Assembly: GCA_028534125.1 (NCBI GenBank)
Contig: CM052832.1
Coordinates: 20,524,001 to 20,588,000 of the forward strand
From: Lama glama
Taxonomy: Eukaryota
Length of the DNA stretch: 64,000 bases
Reading direction: 5' to 3'
Shown in pieces: positions 27,385 to 41,466 of the stretch. Below the pieces are notes generated by a model. The model saw nothing but the letters and a program-made list of their open reading frames with translations. It was not told the DNA's origin and did not search any database. The position numbers and the translations under genes are program-made. Numbering within the stretch: the stretch's first letter is position 1; every line of letters begins with the position of its first letter.

Positions 27385-28572
27385 TAAAGTATTCAATGGG
27401 TTTTATTTCCTAGAACTGAAAGAATTCAGACCTAAACTTCCAAAGCTACAGTCAATCATTTTTCATCGGAGCCCAAGGGAGAAAGGTGGGGTGGAAGACA
27501 CAAAAGATGAAAAAGGCAGAGAGAGACCACTAGGAAGGGGTGGGGAGGGGCCGCTTATTTCCCTCTGTCTTCTCAGTCCGTTACATGTCAGGTCCGGTGA
27601 CAATACTGTGGGGAGCAGGCTGGGGAATCGGATGGGAAATGACACTGCAAAGAAACACCAACGCCTTAACTCTTCTACTAAGCCATCAAACCCCAAATAG
27701 TAAAAGAACTTCCTAGTTCATCTCAGAAATGCAGGAAGCACGGAAGGGCCAGGAGTGGAAGCTTACGACCTCAGGGTGACCTGGAGGCTGTGGGAAGAGG
27801 GAAAGGGGTGGCCACGGGTCTTCCCAGAACATCCCAGGTGGCTCTAAAGATCTAAATGGGGACAGATGCCCCTCAACGACCCAATCCTAAAAGACAGGCA
27901 AAGCTGAGCTTACAACCTCACAAACAAATTGGAAATGCCCAAATTATGTGATGAAAAACTACAGCTCCATGAACTCCCTGGGTCAGCAAAAGGGAGGCCC
28001 TTCCCCATGAACTGTCCCACTTTCTCAGAATCTAGGCCGCTGATACAGTAGGTCTGGGAGGAGTGGACAAGAGCTCAGGAAGAGGCCACTCTCCCGTGCC
28101 CCACCCCCACCAACGACAGTTTGAGGGTTGGCCCCTCCAGGCCCCTGGAAGTGTCCCCTGCTCCTTATCTTCCACCCCTTCCAAAACTCCTACCCCTGAG
28201 TCCAATGCACAGCTCCAGAATGCCTGGGGGGAGGGACAGAGGGATGTCCGGAAGTGGAAACAGATGGTCCAGGCCCCAACAGAAGCCTCGGGAAGCAGTT
28301 CTGGGCAGGGAAGGGTCATGGTGGTCTCATCTCATCCCAGGAAGCAGAGGCCCTGACTCAGAGCCCAGGGGTGTGGGCGCACAGGGTGAGGGCCTGGTGG
28401 CCTGCCCCTTCCGGGTCGATCCCCCAGGGCCAGGCGTGCAGTGGGAAAGTGGGTGAGGAGAGTGCGGGGGTGGGGGGAGGCTGTCCCAGTTTGCAGACAA
28501 TGGCCAGTTTCCCCAGTTAACAGCCAGGCCACAGCAGGAACCGGGCAGGGGTTCTTCTTGAAACTTTGGTGA
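27385..28572 (-). other. HDGFL1: HDGF-derived 3'UTR of the HDGFL1 retrogene
   Basis: Minus-strand blocks such as ctggggaaactggccattgtctgcaaactggga, cctagattctgagaaagtgggacag and gactgtagctttggaagtttag resemble the recalled HDGF mRNA 3'UTR in colinear order. Confidence 0.75.
27402..27407 (-). promoter_or_regulatory. Polyadenylation signal (AATAAA) of the HDGFL1 retrogene
   Basis: Minus strand reads ttcagttctaggaAATAAAacccattgaatact, matching the recalled terminal sequence of the HDGF 3'UTR. Confidence 0.75.
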
Positions 28573-29325
<753 letters not shown>

Positions 29326-31177
29326 AGTGACGAGTGCATTATCTCTGAGACCTGAAGCCTGTTTGGACCAACCATTCATGCCAGGGTTTCTAGAAAGATA
29401 AGAGGGGAGAGCTTGGGTGTCCCAGGTGGCGGTTGTGCTGACAATGGTCCTGTGCAAATCGATCGCTAGGGCACCTGGGCCGTGAAACTGGCATTGTTTG
29501 TGAGCCTGAGTGGCCCAGAAAGGGGCAGATGGGACAGCGTGACAAGAAAATGCAGTGACACAATTAGCACACATTTCGGTGAAACTAGTAACAGACTAGT
29601 GCAAACCTGCAGTATCCCTTGGGACCACTAATCTGCTCATACAGAAAACTCCACTCTTGCCTCCGGAGGCAGTGATGAGATGCCTGGGCCAGTGGTTTCA
29701 CCCCTTTTCTGATCTCCTTGATATCTAACACTGGAACCCTGCAAGGGGATTCAAGACCAGAGTGGAGACAAATGGATAGAGTCAACAATGTTGATGGCAT
29801 GTCTAGAGTGCACATCCCTTGGGAACCAGTACCCTAAACATGTAGTACTTGGGGGGTTAGGACACAAAATGTGTATAGCAGCATCATGACCATGTCAAAC
29901 CAGCCATGTCAAAATCTCCTCCTATACACAGGATGCTAGGCATAGCCTTTACCCTTCTGGTGATTCTTGAATGTTGTGAGAGATAACACTGTATGGTTAT
30001 AAACGGAAAGTATGTCAAATGCTCTCAGTATCTACTTACAGAGGGGAAAGCTGGGCTTAAGAATTTGGTAGAGGTCTGCTCATATCAAATATCTTGTTGG
30101 TAACTAGACCTTTCTGAGGGCTACAGACTAAAAAAGCATCATCTCAGCTGAGAGACTATTTTAAGAATAGACTTTCCTCCTTAACTGATATTTATGGGAG
30201 TTTCCATGTAACTGCAGTTGTTACACAATTGTCTACATAGTTTTTGAGTCCTGTTAGCTAGCTGTAAGCTGGCACTCTGAAACCTAGCCAAATTTATCAT
30301 AATACTGCTCTTGGCTACTATGACAAAGACCTTTCAATATCAATCATGTAATTAACAACAAAGTTTTTTTTTTCTTTTTTTTCCCTAGTGTAACCAACAG
30401 TGACCAATGGGGCATTAGCACCATTAACCCATTTCAATACAATTCAAATCTGTTTCTGGTTTGCTGGGTTGGATCAGCCACTTTATCTCTGGGTGGTAGA
30501 GACCTGTTCTCAGCAAAAGAAGTTACCTTCTCCCAACAAAGCAAAACAAATATGATACGCTTTGTTAATTTTAAACAAGTTCTTTCAGCTCTTCTGTCAA
30601 GCCATTTTCTTTGAATGCTTATCTGTTTCACAAATATCTACAACTTTACCAGTTAACTGACACCTACAATGCATGTCCAGAAAGGGTACCTAGTTGTCCC
30701 ATGGGCTCAGTCCGAAGGTGTAACCAAACCTTAAAGCCAGCTGTTTAAGTTGAGAGTGATCTTAGGCAAATGGACCACATAAGTATAAGCCAAATATCAA
30801 AAACTGGTGGGTAGCTGAATCACTGCAGGTTAACAGGTATGGATCTGAGGGTTAAAGCAAACAACCAAAAACCTATCAAAAAATGGAAACCAAAAGTAGG
30901 GAAATAGAGGGAAGAAAATCTAGCAGAGAAGAATCTAGATTTGCAGAAGGTAATAGATATTCTACTTGGCAAAGGAGTGTCATTTTTGTACCTCCATCCC
31001 TTGCCCACTGATTCACAGTGTGGGCCTAAGGGCTGGCACAAAAGATACTTATCTTTGAAGTCTTTAAAATATAAAGATTTCATTACAGAGAAATGCAAGC
31101 TAGTCTTCAAGTGCTAAGTCATGTTAAGAATCATGAACTTACATAAATACTGAAGGAAATCCAGGAGAAATCAACGG

Positions 31178-31400
31178 GAGTGTGGTTATCAGGGCAGGCT
31201 TTGGGGAAGAGTGGTAGGAGATGTAACAGAATTCTGGCATCCTTCACTTGCTTACCAGCCTTATAAGGCTGAGAATAAATACCATCTCTCTGAGCCTCTG
31301 TTACATGATCTTAGGATATTTAAAGTAATATTTAGAATTTCCCCCAGGATTGTTATATGTATTAACGAGATTATGAGTATGAAAGTTCAGACAATGGGTA
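31178..31400 (+). mobile_element. MIR SINE
   Basis: gtgtggttatcagggcaggcttt...catctctctgagcctctgtt...ggattgttatatgtattaacgaga. Confidence 0.6.
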
Positions 31401-33379
31401 TAAAGTTTAATGATGTACTAACAAGTGTGATGTAGAATTACATTATGGATGGGATCAGGATATTATTATTAGGCTAAGTAGAGGAATAGATGTATCAAAA
31501 GGAGACTAGCCGTGTATAAGGACACTGAAGAATGAAGAGAAGTCATCTGCCTGCCGAATTCTATACTACACATGGAATTACATATGGAATCATACCCAGC
31601 ACAACTTTTGAATGAAACAGCATAAAGGTTCTTGTTACCTGGAAATACCAGGTATTTTTTAAACAGTGTTCTTCAACTAAATTTATCACCTCATGATAAC
31701 TAATTCCAAAGAGAGGAGAATAGAGGAAGGTTGAGCACAAGTTAAATGCATTTCAAGAGTTAAGACACCCCTTTCACAGACACCCCCTTCCTTTTATACC
31801 TGCATGCTCAGTGATGCAATTACAAAGCACGATCTTGGCATCTTTTACCCTTGAAACCAACTTATTCTTAAAGGTACAGTCTCTCTTTTGCTCAGTGAGG
31901 AGAGCAGTAAGTGGTGTTGATGGTGACTTGGTTAGGTTTAGATTTGACTGTTTTATAAAGAGTACTCCTGGGCAACTACAATTATTAATTTTCAGCAACT
32001 AGATCTCCACAAGCTGAAATATTTCTAACAAAATCACATGTACCAAGAACACCCATTTGTAAAAAGGACCTAATCTCAGCAGCAGCAACATACCTATCAA
32101 AACACCTCGATTCCACAACATACAACGTTTCACAGTTTCCTTTTCTGGAAAACTAATGATCGGATTTAAAAGCTGTTTGGCAACAATTATGACACACGGG
32201 CAATAAAACTAAGTAATTGTACAAGAGAGAGAATAGATATCTAATTGATGTTTTCTTGTTTAATTAGTTCTAAATTCAATTACTTTGGTGTAAACTATGA
32301 TTTAAAATAAATGTAACTGTTTTCTATGTGCTTTTGTCTTCATTAGAAAATACTAGCTGCCTCCGGGTTTGTACAACAGAAGTGTTTGTACAAGGCTGGT
32401 ATTTGGGGTCAAGGCTTTTCTTTTTAAAATGTTCTAGCAGACATAATTATATAGAAAATAAATCCCTTGCCCCACCACGGATAGAAAATCCACCCCCTCA
32501 TCCTCCTTTCTTTAAAAGTTACAGGAGGTGAGCTAGCTCTATATTTTGTCATCTCTACATTTCATCAGTGTCCACTTAGCTGAACCTTTAAAGCCTCAGG
32601 GATTTCTGAAATCCACGGGATCTGCTGGGAGTGGGGATAAACTCAGCACCAGTGCGGATGTCCCGCAGCCAAGGGATAATGTTAAGGAATGTTCCCAAGG
32701 AGCTGCAACATTATCAACGTGAATCGCGAGTCCAGTCTGTATCTGCCTTTGATGATGGGGCTTGGGGAGAGAGAGATGAGAGTGCACATTTTCCAAGTGA
32801 TATATGTGTAGCTGGTGATTTGGACCCCCTTGGCCAATCATAAATATAATGGGGTAGAGAGTAGGAGGGGGCAAGTGCAAAGATCAGAGTTGTTTGCAAA
32901 AATGCGGTTTTCATGGCCATGGAAGGAAAATGGCCACTCCAAAATGGATAAATGTAGCTGGATAAGAATAACTACATTTCATCACACTGACTTTTGGGGG
33001 GCTTAAATTTTTTTAACTACTCTTTGGGAAAACATTTTTAATAAAATGTGTTAAATAATATGAATATTTGCTCTAATTTGAATCTTGTAATGATAATACG
33101 TATTTGAGCTCTGCCACATGAAACTGAGTTTTTTTTTCTAATCTAATCTAATTAGCAAAGTTTAAACAAGTTATCAGTGCTGGTGAGTATTAAAAAAAAT
33201 TGGGGGTTGGATGCAAATAAGAATGGTCTACTTACATAATAATTATATAATTTGATGACCATCTTCTGTGTGTTTCGAGTTTCTAAAGAATAATTTAGTG
33301 GCTGGAAAAAAGCCTACAATATAAAGTTGAGTGGAAAGACAGGACAAAATATATGCAACATAGGTAATTTATCAGCCTA

Positions 33380-33515
33380 TGTGAAACCCAGCTCTTTAAA
33401 GTGGGGATAATCTCAGTACCCATTTGAGAGGAAGGTTGCTTGAAATAAACAACAATATGCGCCAAGTGTGTTGCCTGGCACTTATTAAGTGTTCAGTTAC
33501 TATTAGCCATTACTA
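33380..33515 (+). mobile_element. MIR SINE 3' part
   Basis: taaagtggggataatctcagtaccc...tgcctggcacttattaagtgttcagttactattagccatt. Confidence 0.65.
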
Positions 33516-33559
33516 TTAAAGTAGCCTGTAGTAGCTCTATTTTGTTAAGTGCAATTTTT

Positions 33560-34090
33560 TTGAGTGTGTGATACACATTTTTTCTTGTTACTGTTATTTC
33601 AATCCTGCCTCCCTGCAAATTGTTTCTGGTTCTAATTTTAGCTTGATACTTTGCCAACGTTCCTTTAATTTTATTGTAATCATATATTTTTCCTATTTTT
33701 TGGAGGAGGTATGTTCTTTGTACAATAAAAACACTTTGTTTTTTAAAGATCCAAGATCAACAATGTCATATCTATAAGCAATTATGGAACTCGGCTTTGC
33801 AATTTCAATTTTGTACTTCTTGCCATTACATTAAAACATCATATAAATGGTTAAAATGACCAAAGTTTTCAGAAAGTCATGTTAAAGTTTTTGATGATGT
33901 AACTTCAGTCTTCACATCAATCGTTCCTCACTTTTATTTCCAATAGTCTCCTAGTTTTCAATATAATTACCAAAACATTAATCTTTGGGAATAAGTACTT
34001 TATACCACTTCTGTTTAAGGATGTCATCAGCAAATGTGCATGACGCTGAAAAGGAGGGAATTTTTAAACCAAGATGGCTACTTTTGAAGT
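33560..34090 (-). mobile_element. Ancient non-LTR RT fossil, possibly L4/RTE-X-like
   Basis: Minus strand gives LGLKIPSFSASCTFADDIL, containing an RT catalytic FADD motif at 34020-34034. Further downstream is IEIAKPS...SLKNKVFLLYK, resembling the RTE-clade thumb region. Heavily degraded. Confidence 0.45.
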
Positions 34091-36239
34091 AATGAAAATG
34101 GTATGTGGAGGTGGACAGTAAATTTGATTTTTTTCAAGCGTTTCCTATTTTATGATTACAAAATGACTTTAATTTTTCATTTAGTTTTGGTTTAGCGATG
34201 TCTGTGTTGAGTTGATGGTTATCTTTTAACCAAGGGATTATTGGAGGTGGATGACTATCTCTTTTTAAACACTTTAAAGAAATATTTGGTGCTTGGAACG
34301 GGTTACGTTTTTCTGTACTAGGGAATGTGTGTATTACTTGTTGAAATAAATAAATATTCAAAGGAGTTAAGTGGTTTTTATATACTTCAAAAACTCATAC
34401 AGCGTGGACCAGAGATCAAGTAAAAGAAAATCAGGGCAGTAGAAACTCGACATAACTTTCCTAAACTAGCATTTGAGTTTAGGGAAACTTCAACAAGCAA
34501 TACCTCTTTTTTTTTTTTTAAGAGTTTATTTTAAAATTGGAGTTGGTGATAAAAAGACATTTTTACATGCCTCAGTAAAATGTCCTGTATGACACGGATG
34601 ATGACTCTTTGAACAAATATCATTCTCACTTTTCTCTCTGGTCACTCTTCACAGTAAAAAAGTTTTCCTCTTTGACAAAATACAGTATTTTGGATCCTCA
34701 TGAAACAGTTAAACAGTTAGTTAGCATCTTAGCTCTTCAAAACCAGACATAATGAAAGCCTGCACCCTGTTCCTACTTTTGTCAAAGTAGAACCCCAGCA
34801 GGAATATATACACAATAAGCAAAACTACAAGAGAGCTACTAATTTTTAACTACCATTTATTGAGCACTTAATGCCACCCTGATGTAAGCACTTAATCTTC
34901 TCACTTCTAAAACACTTTGCTATACTGCCTTTCTCCTTTTTTTTTGGCCTGCCCACCTATTCACTGTGAGCACAATCAGCGAGGAAATATAACCTATAAC
35001 CAACCAGAGAAGTTGGTTGAGAGAAAATGGAGAGAAGAATGAAGTAGATGCCAAGAAAGCAAAACTGTGACGAATAGTAAGATACCAGAAGGATCATAAA
35101 AGTGAGATGGAAAAAACTGTCAGTCCCTAAAGCAGTTCCAGTTTCCTGAGGTTTTTCCAGTTACAATTTGAGTTCAGTTTATATATATCCTTACATTAAA
35201 AACACTGCATTAAAAATAGTGTTATCAGGTATGTATGTCTTTGATGATGGAGTTTGGGGAACGAGAACTAAAGGGTGCAGATTTGATCTTAAGGGTGAGT
35301 GAGACTATGTTCCTTACCAGAAAGTCTCTCAAATGTGTTTCTTCATTAGGAACTTCAGCTGAACCTAGAACTTTTTCACGCCTCAATTATAAACAAAACA
35401 AAACAAAAACCCTGAAAAAAAAAGTCTCTCAGCACAGCAACAATTATACTTATGTGCTGTGATTGGTAGATATTTATAAAGGTAAAATGACGTTAACTAC
35501 ACATCAGGAAATATTGGTATAGGCATTCTATCTATCCAATATAAATTTAATAGATAAAATGTCAATTCTTTTAAAAATGTCCAGCCTTTCTTTTTCACCT
35601 AGGATATTTATAGCTGTAAACTAACTATGTGAGATAATCTTTTTTTAAGTTTTCAAAAGGGATATATTCTGAGCTTTCTACCAGCTGCCATCTTGTTTCA
35701 TGATGGCTGACCAAGCTTTTTTTCTCTTTTAGTAAAAGCAAATCAATAAAGTTTTCATTGAACAGATAAATACAAAATGCTTAACTATTAAACAGAACAA
35801 TGTAATATTAATTCATAATTAACTAATGACACATCGATTATAATTTTGAAATAACTGAGTTCTTTTGCCTTCGCTAATTCTGCTGCTTCACATTTTCCAT
35901 ATAACTGAAAAAAAAAAAGATGGACACATATAGCTTTTTCATATTGTGAAAGATAATCTGGTTTTGTTCAGTTTTCTCAGTTTTTTCTTCAATTCACTTT
36001 ACAGGACTCCCATGAGTGGACAGGCAGTTTGTAGGCTGCATTTGTAGAAAACAGCAAAAATTGAAATCTAGAATATAATGTATCTTTCAGGACAGCAGTT
36101 CACATTATCCAATATCTGAGTGCTTACTGTGTGGCCACCAGAAAGCTCGTGCTGAGAGAAAGACATGAGTACAGAATGTTTTAACCATACCAAGTGGTCT
36201 GTGCTATACCAAGGCTTTGATATATTCTGAAATATTATT

Positions 36240-38520
36240 TGTGATCTGCTATATGATCTGTTTAATAATTTATACATTATAAATATACTTGAGCAATCTT
36301 ATTGTTTTGTTCAGTATTTCCATATACTTGCTAATATTTTGTCTAATTATGATAAAAATATGTTAAGATTTTCTACGGTATTTCTAGATTTGTCAGTTTA
36401 CTTCATTAGGTTTGTATTTCCTTTGTGCATTTCAAGGCTCTATTATTAAGCACTTGCATATTCTTTATTTTTATATTGTTTTGCTTCTCTTAGAATCTTC
36501 ATTTTATTGGAATAAAATAATTGCCCTATTGAAGGCTTTTGCTTTAAATTCTACTTTGATAGTAGTATGCAGCAGCAGCTTTTTTTTATTAGCATTTGAA
36601 TGTTAATAGTTCTTAATTTTAACCATTCTATGCAGTTTTGTTTAATTACACCCTTGAAACTAGTATACAGTCCTCCCACTATATGGGCAGAAGACTGGTT
36701 CCAAGACACTTCTCATCCACCTCCCCTGACACCAAAAATCCATGGACGCTTGAGTCCATAATATGAAATAGCGAGTACAGTAAGCCCCCAGTATCCCTGG
36801 TTCTACTTCCGCAGATCCAACACACTGTGGGTCGAATCTGCACATGCTGAATGCACAGATACAGAGGGCCAATGGTACAAGGTAGATTGCTTTCACTCTC
36901 ATCTTTTATTAAGGGAATTTAATCTTCTTAACATGCTGAGATGCATTCTATGTCTACCATCACATTTTGTGTTGATTTATTATGTCTTCACAGGGTTTTG
37001 TTTGTTTTTTTGTTTTTATTTTTGTTTTGCTGCTTTTCTCACTTCCTGTGGACTGATAAAGTATCATAAACACCTTCATTATTTCATTATTACTGTTTTC
37101 CCTTCTGCTGGTTTGGTAACTCTTCCTTCAGCAATTAGTATTTAATATGCATACCTCTAAACTTGTCTAAAGAAGTCTATAGACTTGAGCATGTTTTAAG
37201 TAGCCGTAACCCTCAACTTTGTAATTGTCTCAAATTTCACATTTTTGAAATATTCTAATAGTTAATTTTTACAATTAGTTTATTACATGTATTCATAGCT
37301 TTTATCATTAATTTCTTACACACTCTTCCTTTACTTTCAATAAAGGAAATATGTCCGAAATTGTTATAGTGAGGATATAGTTAGTAGATAAATTCTTAGC
37401 TTTATATAAAGATATATTTATTACAATCTCATTATTAAAGAGTATATTAGTGGGGTATATAATTTATATTTAAAATTTTTAGTCCTTTAAGATTATGAAG
37501 GCATTATTCTGTACTCTTCTATCATTTATAATACTTATTCCTTTTCAGGTATCATGTCTTTCTCTTTCCCAGCTATCAAATCTCTTTATCCTTGGTATAC
37601 TACAGTAACATTAAGACAGGCATGGCTATGAACTTATTTTTATTTATTATGATTTGATACTTGGTGGAGATTTTTACTCTAAGCTCATGTCAGTCTTCAA
37701 TTCAGAAAATTCTTGCGTTTTTAAATAGATCCTCTCAGACACTTCTTCAGTTCTCCTCTGGAACACTTACACAAGTATGATTACCTCAGTCTCTCATATC
37801 TCTTACACATATTTTATGTCTCTACCCACTGTGTTACATTCTGTAAAATTTCTCAAAACTGTATTCCCATTTATTGATTCTTTGTGTCTCATTTAAAGGT
37901 TATCCCAGTTATAATCAATATTTAAAAACAATAGTTCTCATTTTAAGAATTTCTAATTTTTTAAATATTTACCCTCCATTATTTCATTTATGTCTATTTT
38001 GGTTTCATACTTGCTTTTTCTTTTTGTGGAGCTATTCACTTCTCTGTCCTTCAGAGCTTCCAAACACACTGATTTTAAAACCACTGATATTTTTCTCTTA
38101 TTTTTATTTAAGCTGTCATGATTTCATTTCCTGCTGCCAAGTGGTGGCTTGGCTCAAGGTTACCTGGCTATAAGGCTGTCCGCTTCTTTGGGCATCTATG
38201 AGAGGCAACATTATAAACATTGTATCCCCCAAAATTAGTAAATCAGGGCTTTTTCTAACTGCCTTTTCAGTCTCAGGAAGTTCCACATGGCTGAGCAGCG
38301 AGATCAGCTCTTGAGCCCCACTGCACATAAGGGGCCATGTTTCCTTCTACCCCGCGGCAACCACCTCTTCTTGCTTCCAGCCGCAGATCCCAACAGACCT
38401 GCAGTGTTAGTGTCTCTTAACATTTTGCATTTCATTCCATTTCTGGTCTCTCAGTACATTTAGTACTTCGAAGTTATTTAATTGTGTATCTTTTATATTT
38501 TATCTGCTATTTGCCATATG
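36240..38520 (-). mobile_element. Old, degraded L1ME/HAL1-like region (antisense ORF1 and 5' part)
   Basis: Long T-rich tract with antisense L1 motifs such as gatttgtcagtttacttcatt and ctcatgtcagtcttcaattcagaaaattc. Boundaries are approximate. Confidence 0.55.
36668..36875 (+). mobile_element. MER2/Tigger-family (Tc1/mariner) MITE
   Basis: TA on both flanks (36666-36667 and 36876-36877). Starts cagtcctccc...gactggttccaagac...caccaaaaatccatggacgcttgagtcc and ends cacagatacagagggccaatgg, as in MER2-type ends. Confidence 0.8.
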
Positions 38521-38645
38521 TTGGATCAAAAAGGGAAGGTCTCAAAGCATGAATTTATAACATCTTAATTAGGTATCAGGAAGTTATAAAATGTCATGCC
38601 TACCTTTTCCCTTTAGCAGTCTGCAAGTTAATTGAGGAGAAAAGA

Positions 38646-38675
38646 TTCTAACATGAAACATTCTAACATGAAACA
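38646..38675. repeat. Perfect 15-bp tandem duplication
   Basis: ttctaacatgaaaca occurs twice in tandem. Confidence 0.95.
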
Positions 38676-39912
38676 CTGAGAGAATACAACACAAATTCTA
38701 ATAAATATAAAAACTTGTATGCATTTATACAAAAATAGTCAGAGGAGACTTTTTGAATGGGGCAGGAGGCATGGAGGATTTTCTTAAGGAATGAGTAAGA
38801 TTTGAAAGGACAGGAAATATAGTTTAAGTACCTTGCATTAGTGGTGTTGACAGCTACCAAGATAGCATGTTAAACTGTAGAGCTCTGGGTACACAATCCA
38901 GTGGGAATATTGAGGGAGAATTTTATGGGGGTCCTAGCAGTTTCACATAAAAACTTGTCCTAGGAGTCATTCAATTTTGGAGAAGCTGATGCAAGAGGTG
39001 AATATATGTGCACCTATCTGTGCCCTCTAAGAAACATTAAAACTCTTAAGTACTGTGTTATTGCATTTAAAAGAATATTCTTCCAAGAAAGTATTAGCAA
39101 CAACTAACTGGATCAGCATTGACTAATTTCCCAGAGAAATCCAGTATCTAAAGCTAAGTATCTTACTTCTCTCTACTTGAGTTTTCAGCTTTAAGGTATT
39201 CCACACACTTTTCACATTCTCAGAAAAGCCTAAAAATAATCACATTGCATGATGCTCCAGTAGACCTCGGATGCCTGCTAGTCAAGGCCCTTCCTAGGGG
39301 TTCATCAGGCATGCCAAGAGCCAGTGAAAGAACAGTAACAAGAGGCAGGACCTTGGCCAACAGAACCACCATTACTTAATGCCTCTGTTTACGTCTTTCT
39401 TATTCCTGCTGCCCCTAAGTCTATCCAGCTATTTTATAGAAATAATGGATATCATTGGCCCCGTGCCTTGTTAGTTCTGACAGTTAGCCTGACCCGGACT
39501 AATAACATTCCAAGTGAAGAAAAATATGCAGCTCTTCTAGTGCAGGGGAAGAGCAACTGCAGGCCTCAGCCACAGGCTTTGGCAACGCCTGCAATAAGAT
39601 GACTAAATCGGTTCAAAGCTGGTGATGGGAATCAGGAGACAGGAAGATTAACCCACAAGACAGGTCTGCTTTCAGTCAGCTTGACTTTCATTTATTGCAA
39701 CCCTGACATTGGAATAAACCTATTAAATATATTTTCAAAATGCAACCAAGTGGGTAAAACATGATACCTCCCTTTAAAACTCTTAATTGAATGCACCTGG
39801 TGTGGCTCTCAATTTATGCTAATGCCACACACAAGCAAGCAGGACCTAATTACCAATTAAGCAATAAAGCTGTGTATAAGAGCAAATGTCCTCTGGGTCA
39901 AGTCCATAAAAA

Positions 39913-39998
39913 GTGTGTGTGTGTGTGTGTGTAACATGTATGTATGTGTATATGTACTTGTATATATAAATGTAAACATACATACATACATACATACT
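39913..39998. repeat. (TG)n / (TACA)n microsatellite cluster
   Basis: Read directly from the sequence. Confidence 0.9.
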
Positions 39999-40774
39999 AT
40001 ATTTCTTAACCTTTGTTATAATTGTCAACATGTGTTATTGAATACCAGTTTTCTAGAGGTATCTTCTATGTAGTGACCTGATCTTCCCACATGATGAGTG
40101 GAATTATTCCAATGATTATATACAAGTTTAGGGTCATTTTAAGTCTAAAACAAAGATTCCTTAAAAATGCATGAAAAATAATTGTTTCTTGCATGGTCAT
40201 TGACTGAGCCCTCTCATTCCAGATGTGGCTGTGTGTAAGATCACAGACACTGCTAAGAGACTGAGTTCTGACTAAACTACCCCAATCCACCCAGTAACCC
40301 CTTCTCTAGAGAGCTGGTGTAAAAGCTCATGGTCAGAAAGCAGGGGGCTAACTTTACGTCTCTGTACTTGACACTTTTATCATCAAAACTAAGGCAACGG
40401 TGAGCCTGCTATTCATGGCTCACTATTCTCTACTGATGCAGCAGCACTAAAAAGAGAGATCTGATTATTTTTATGACTTACTCTAATTTAGGAAATTTTG
40501 CCCTTAGAATCTGAACTCTGTGGTAGGAGGCAGTTTGATTTCAGCTCAGTTCAGTTTCACAAAAATTTACTGAGCATCAACAGGCACTGGGAATACAACG
40601 ATGAACTCAACTCAATCCCTGTCCCCAATGAGTGTACAGCTAAAAATACTCTCATCTAACCTTCATCTTAATAGTCACTGCATGCTTACTGCCATTGTCA
40701 CAGATCACTCCTGGACTTAAACATCAATGGACACTGGTTCCAAATTGGCTGCCCAGTTTCAATTGCGTGTGAGT

Positions 40775-40834
40775 GGGAGAGAGGGAGGGAGGGAGGGGGG
40801 GAGGGAAGGAGAGGGGGAGAGAGAGAGAGAGAGA
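40775..40834. repeat. Polypurine (GGGA)n/(GA)n tract
   Basis: About 60 nt composed only of G and A. Confidence 0.9.
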
Positions 40835-41237
40835 GGTGTGGAAAGCTGAGTTAATCTTGCTCCTTAGTCAAGAGCGTCATTATTATCAGTCTGTCAAGAG
40901 CAGTATTATGTTCTCCTCTTTATCCACACTCGATGCTAACTCTCATCTCCTTCTCCCATATATACACACATTCCAGTGTCAATTGTACAGTATTGTTTTG
41001 CTTCTGTGTTTTCATTTACATAAGTGCAGTGTGTCATCAGTCTCATTTTATCTCCTTTCCAGTAAATACTGTGTCGTCTTTGTCTTGGTGATCCATCCAA
41101 GTTATTTCATAGATGGATAGTTGGTGATCCCAACTGATACATGTTACTATGCACCACTAACCACAGCCACAATGTTTCACCTATTAATTTCTCTAGTGAC
41201 AAACACCTGGATTACCTCCAATTCCACACATAAACAC

Positions 41238-41466
41238 ACACACTAACTACTATATATAAAATAGACCAAAAAAAGTTTATACTGTGTAGCACAGGGAACT
41301 ATATTTAATATCTTGCACTAACCTATAATGAGAGAGAATGAAAACAAACATATGTATGTTCATGTATGACTGAACTATTATGCTGTACACCAGAAACTGA
41401 CACAACATTGGAAACTGACTATACTTCAATTAAAAAGAAAAAAGAAAAAAGACAGCAAAAAAAAAA
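41238..41466 (+). mobile_element. Short L1 3' end with A-rich tail
   Basis: cactaactactatatataaaatag...tagcacagggaactatatttaatatcttg...aactgactatacttcaattaaaaagaaaaaag. Confidence 0.9.
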
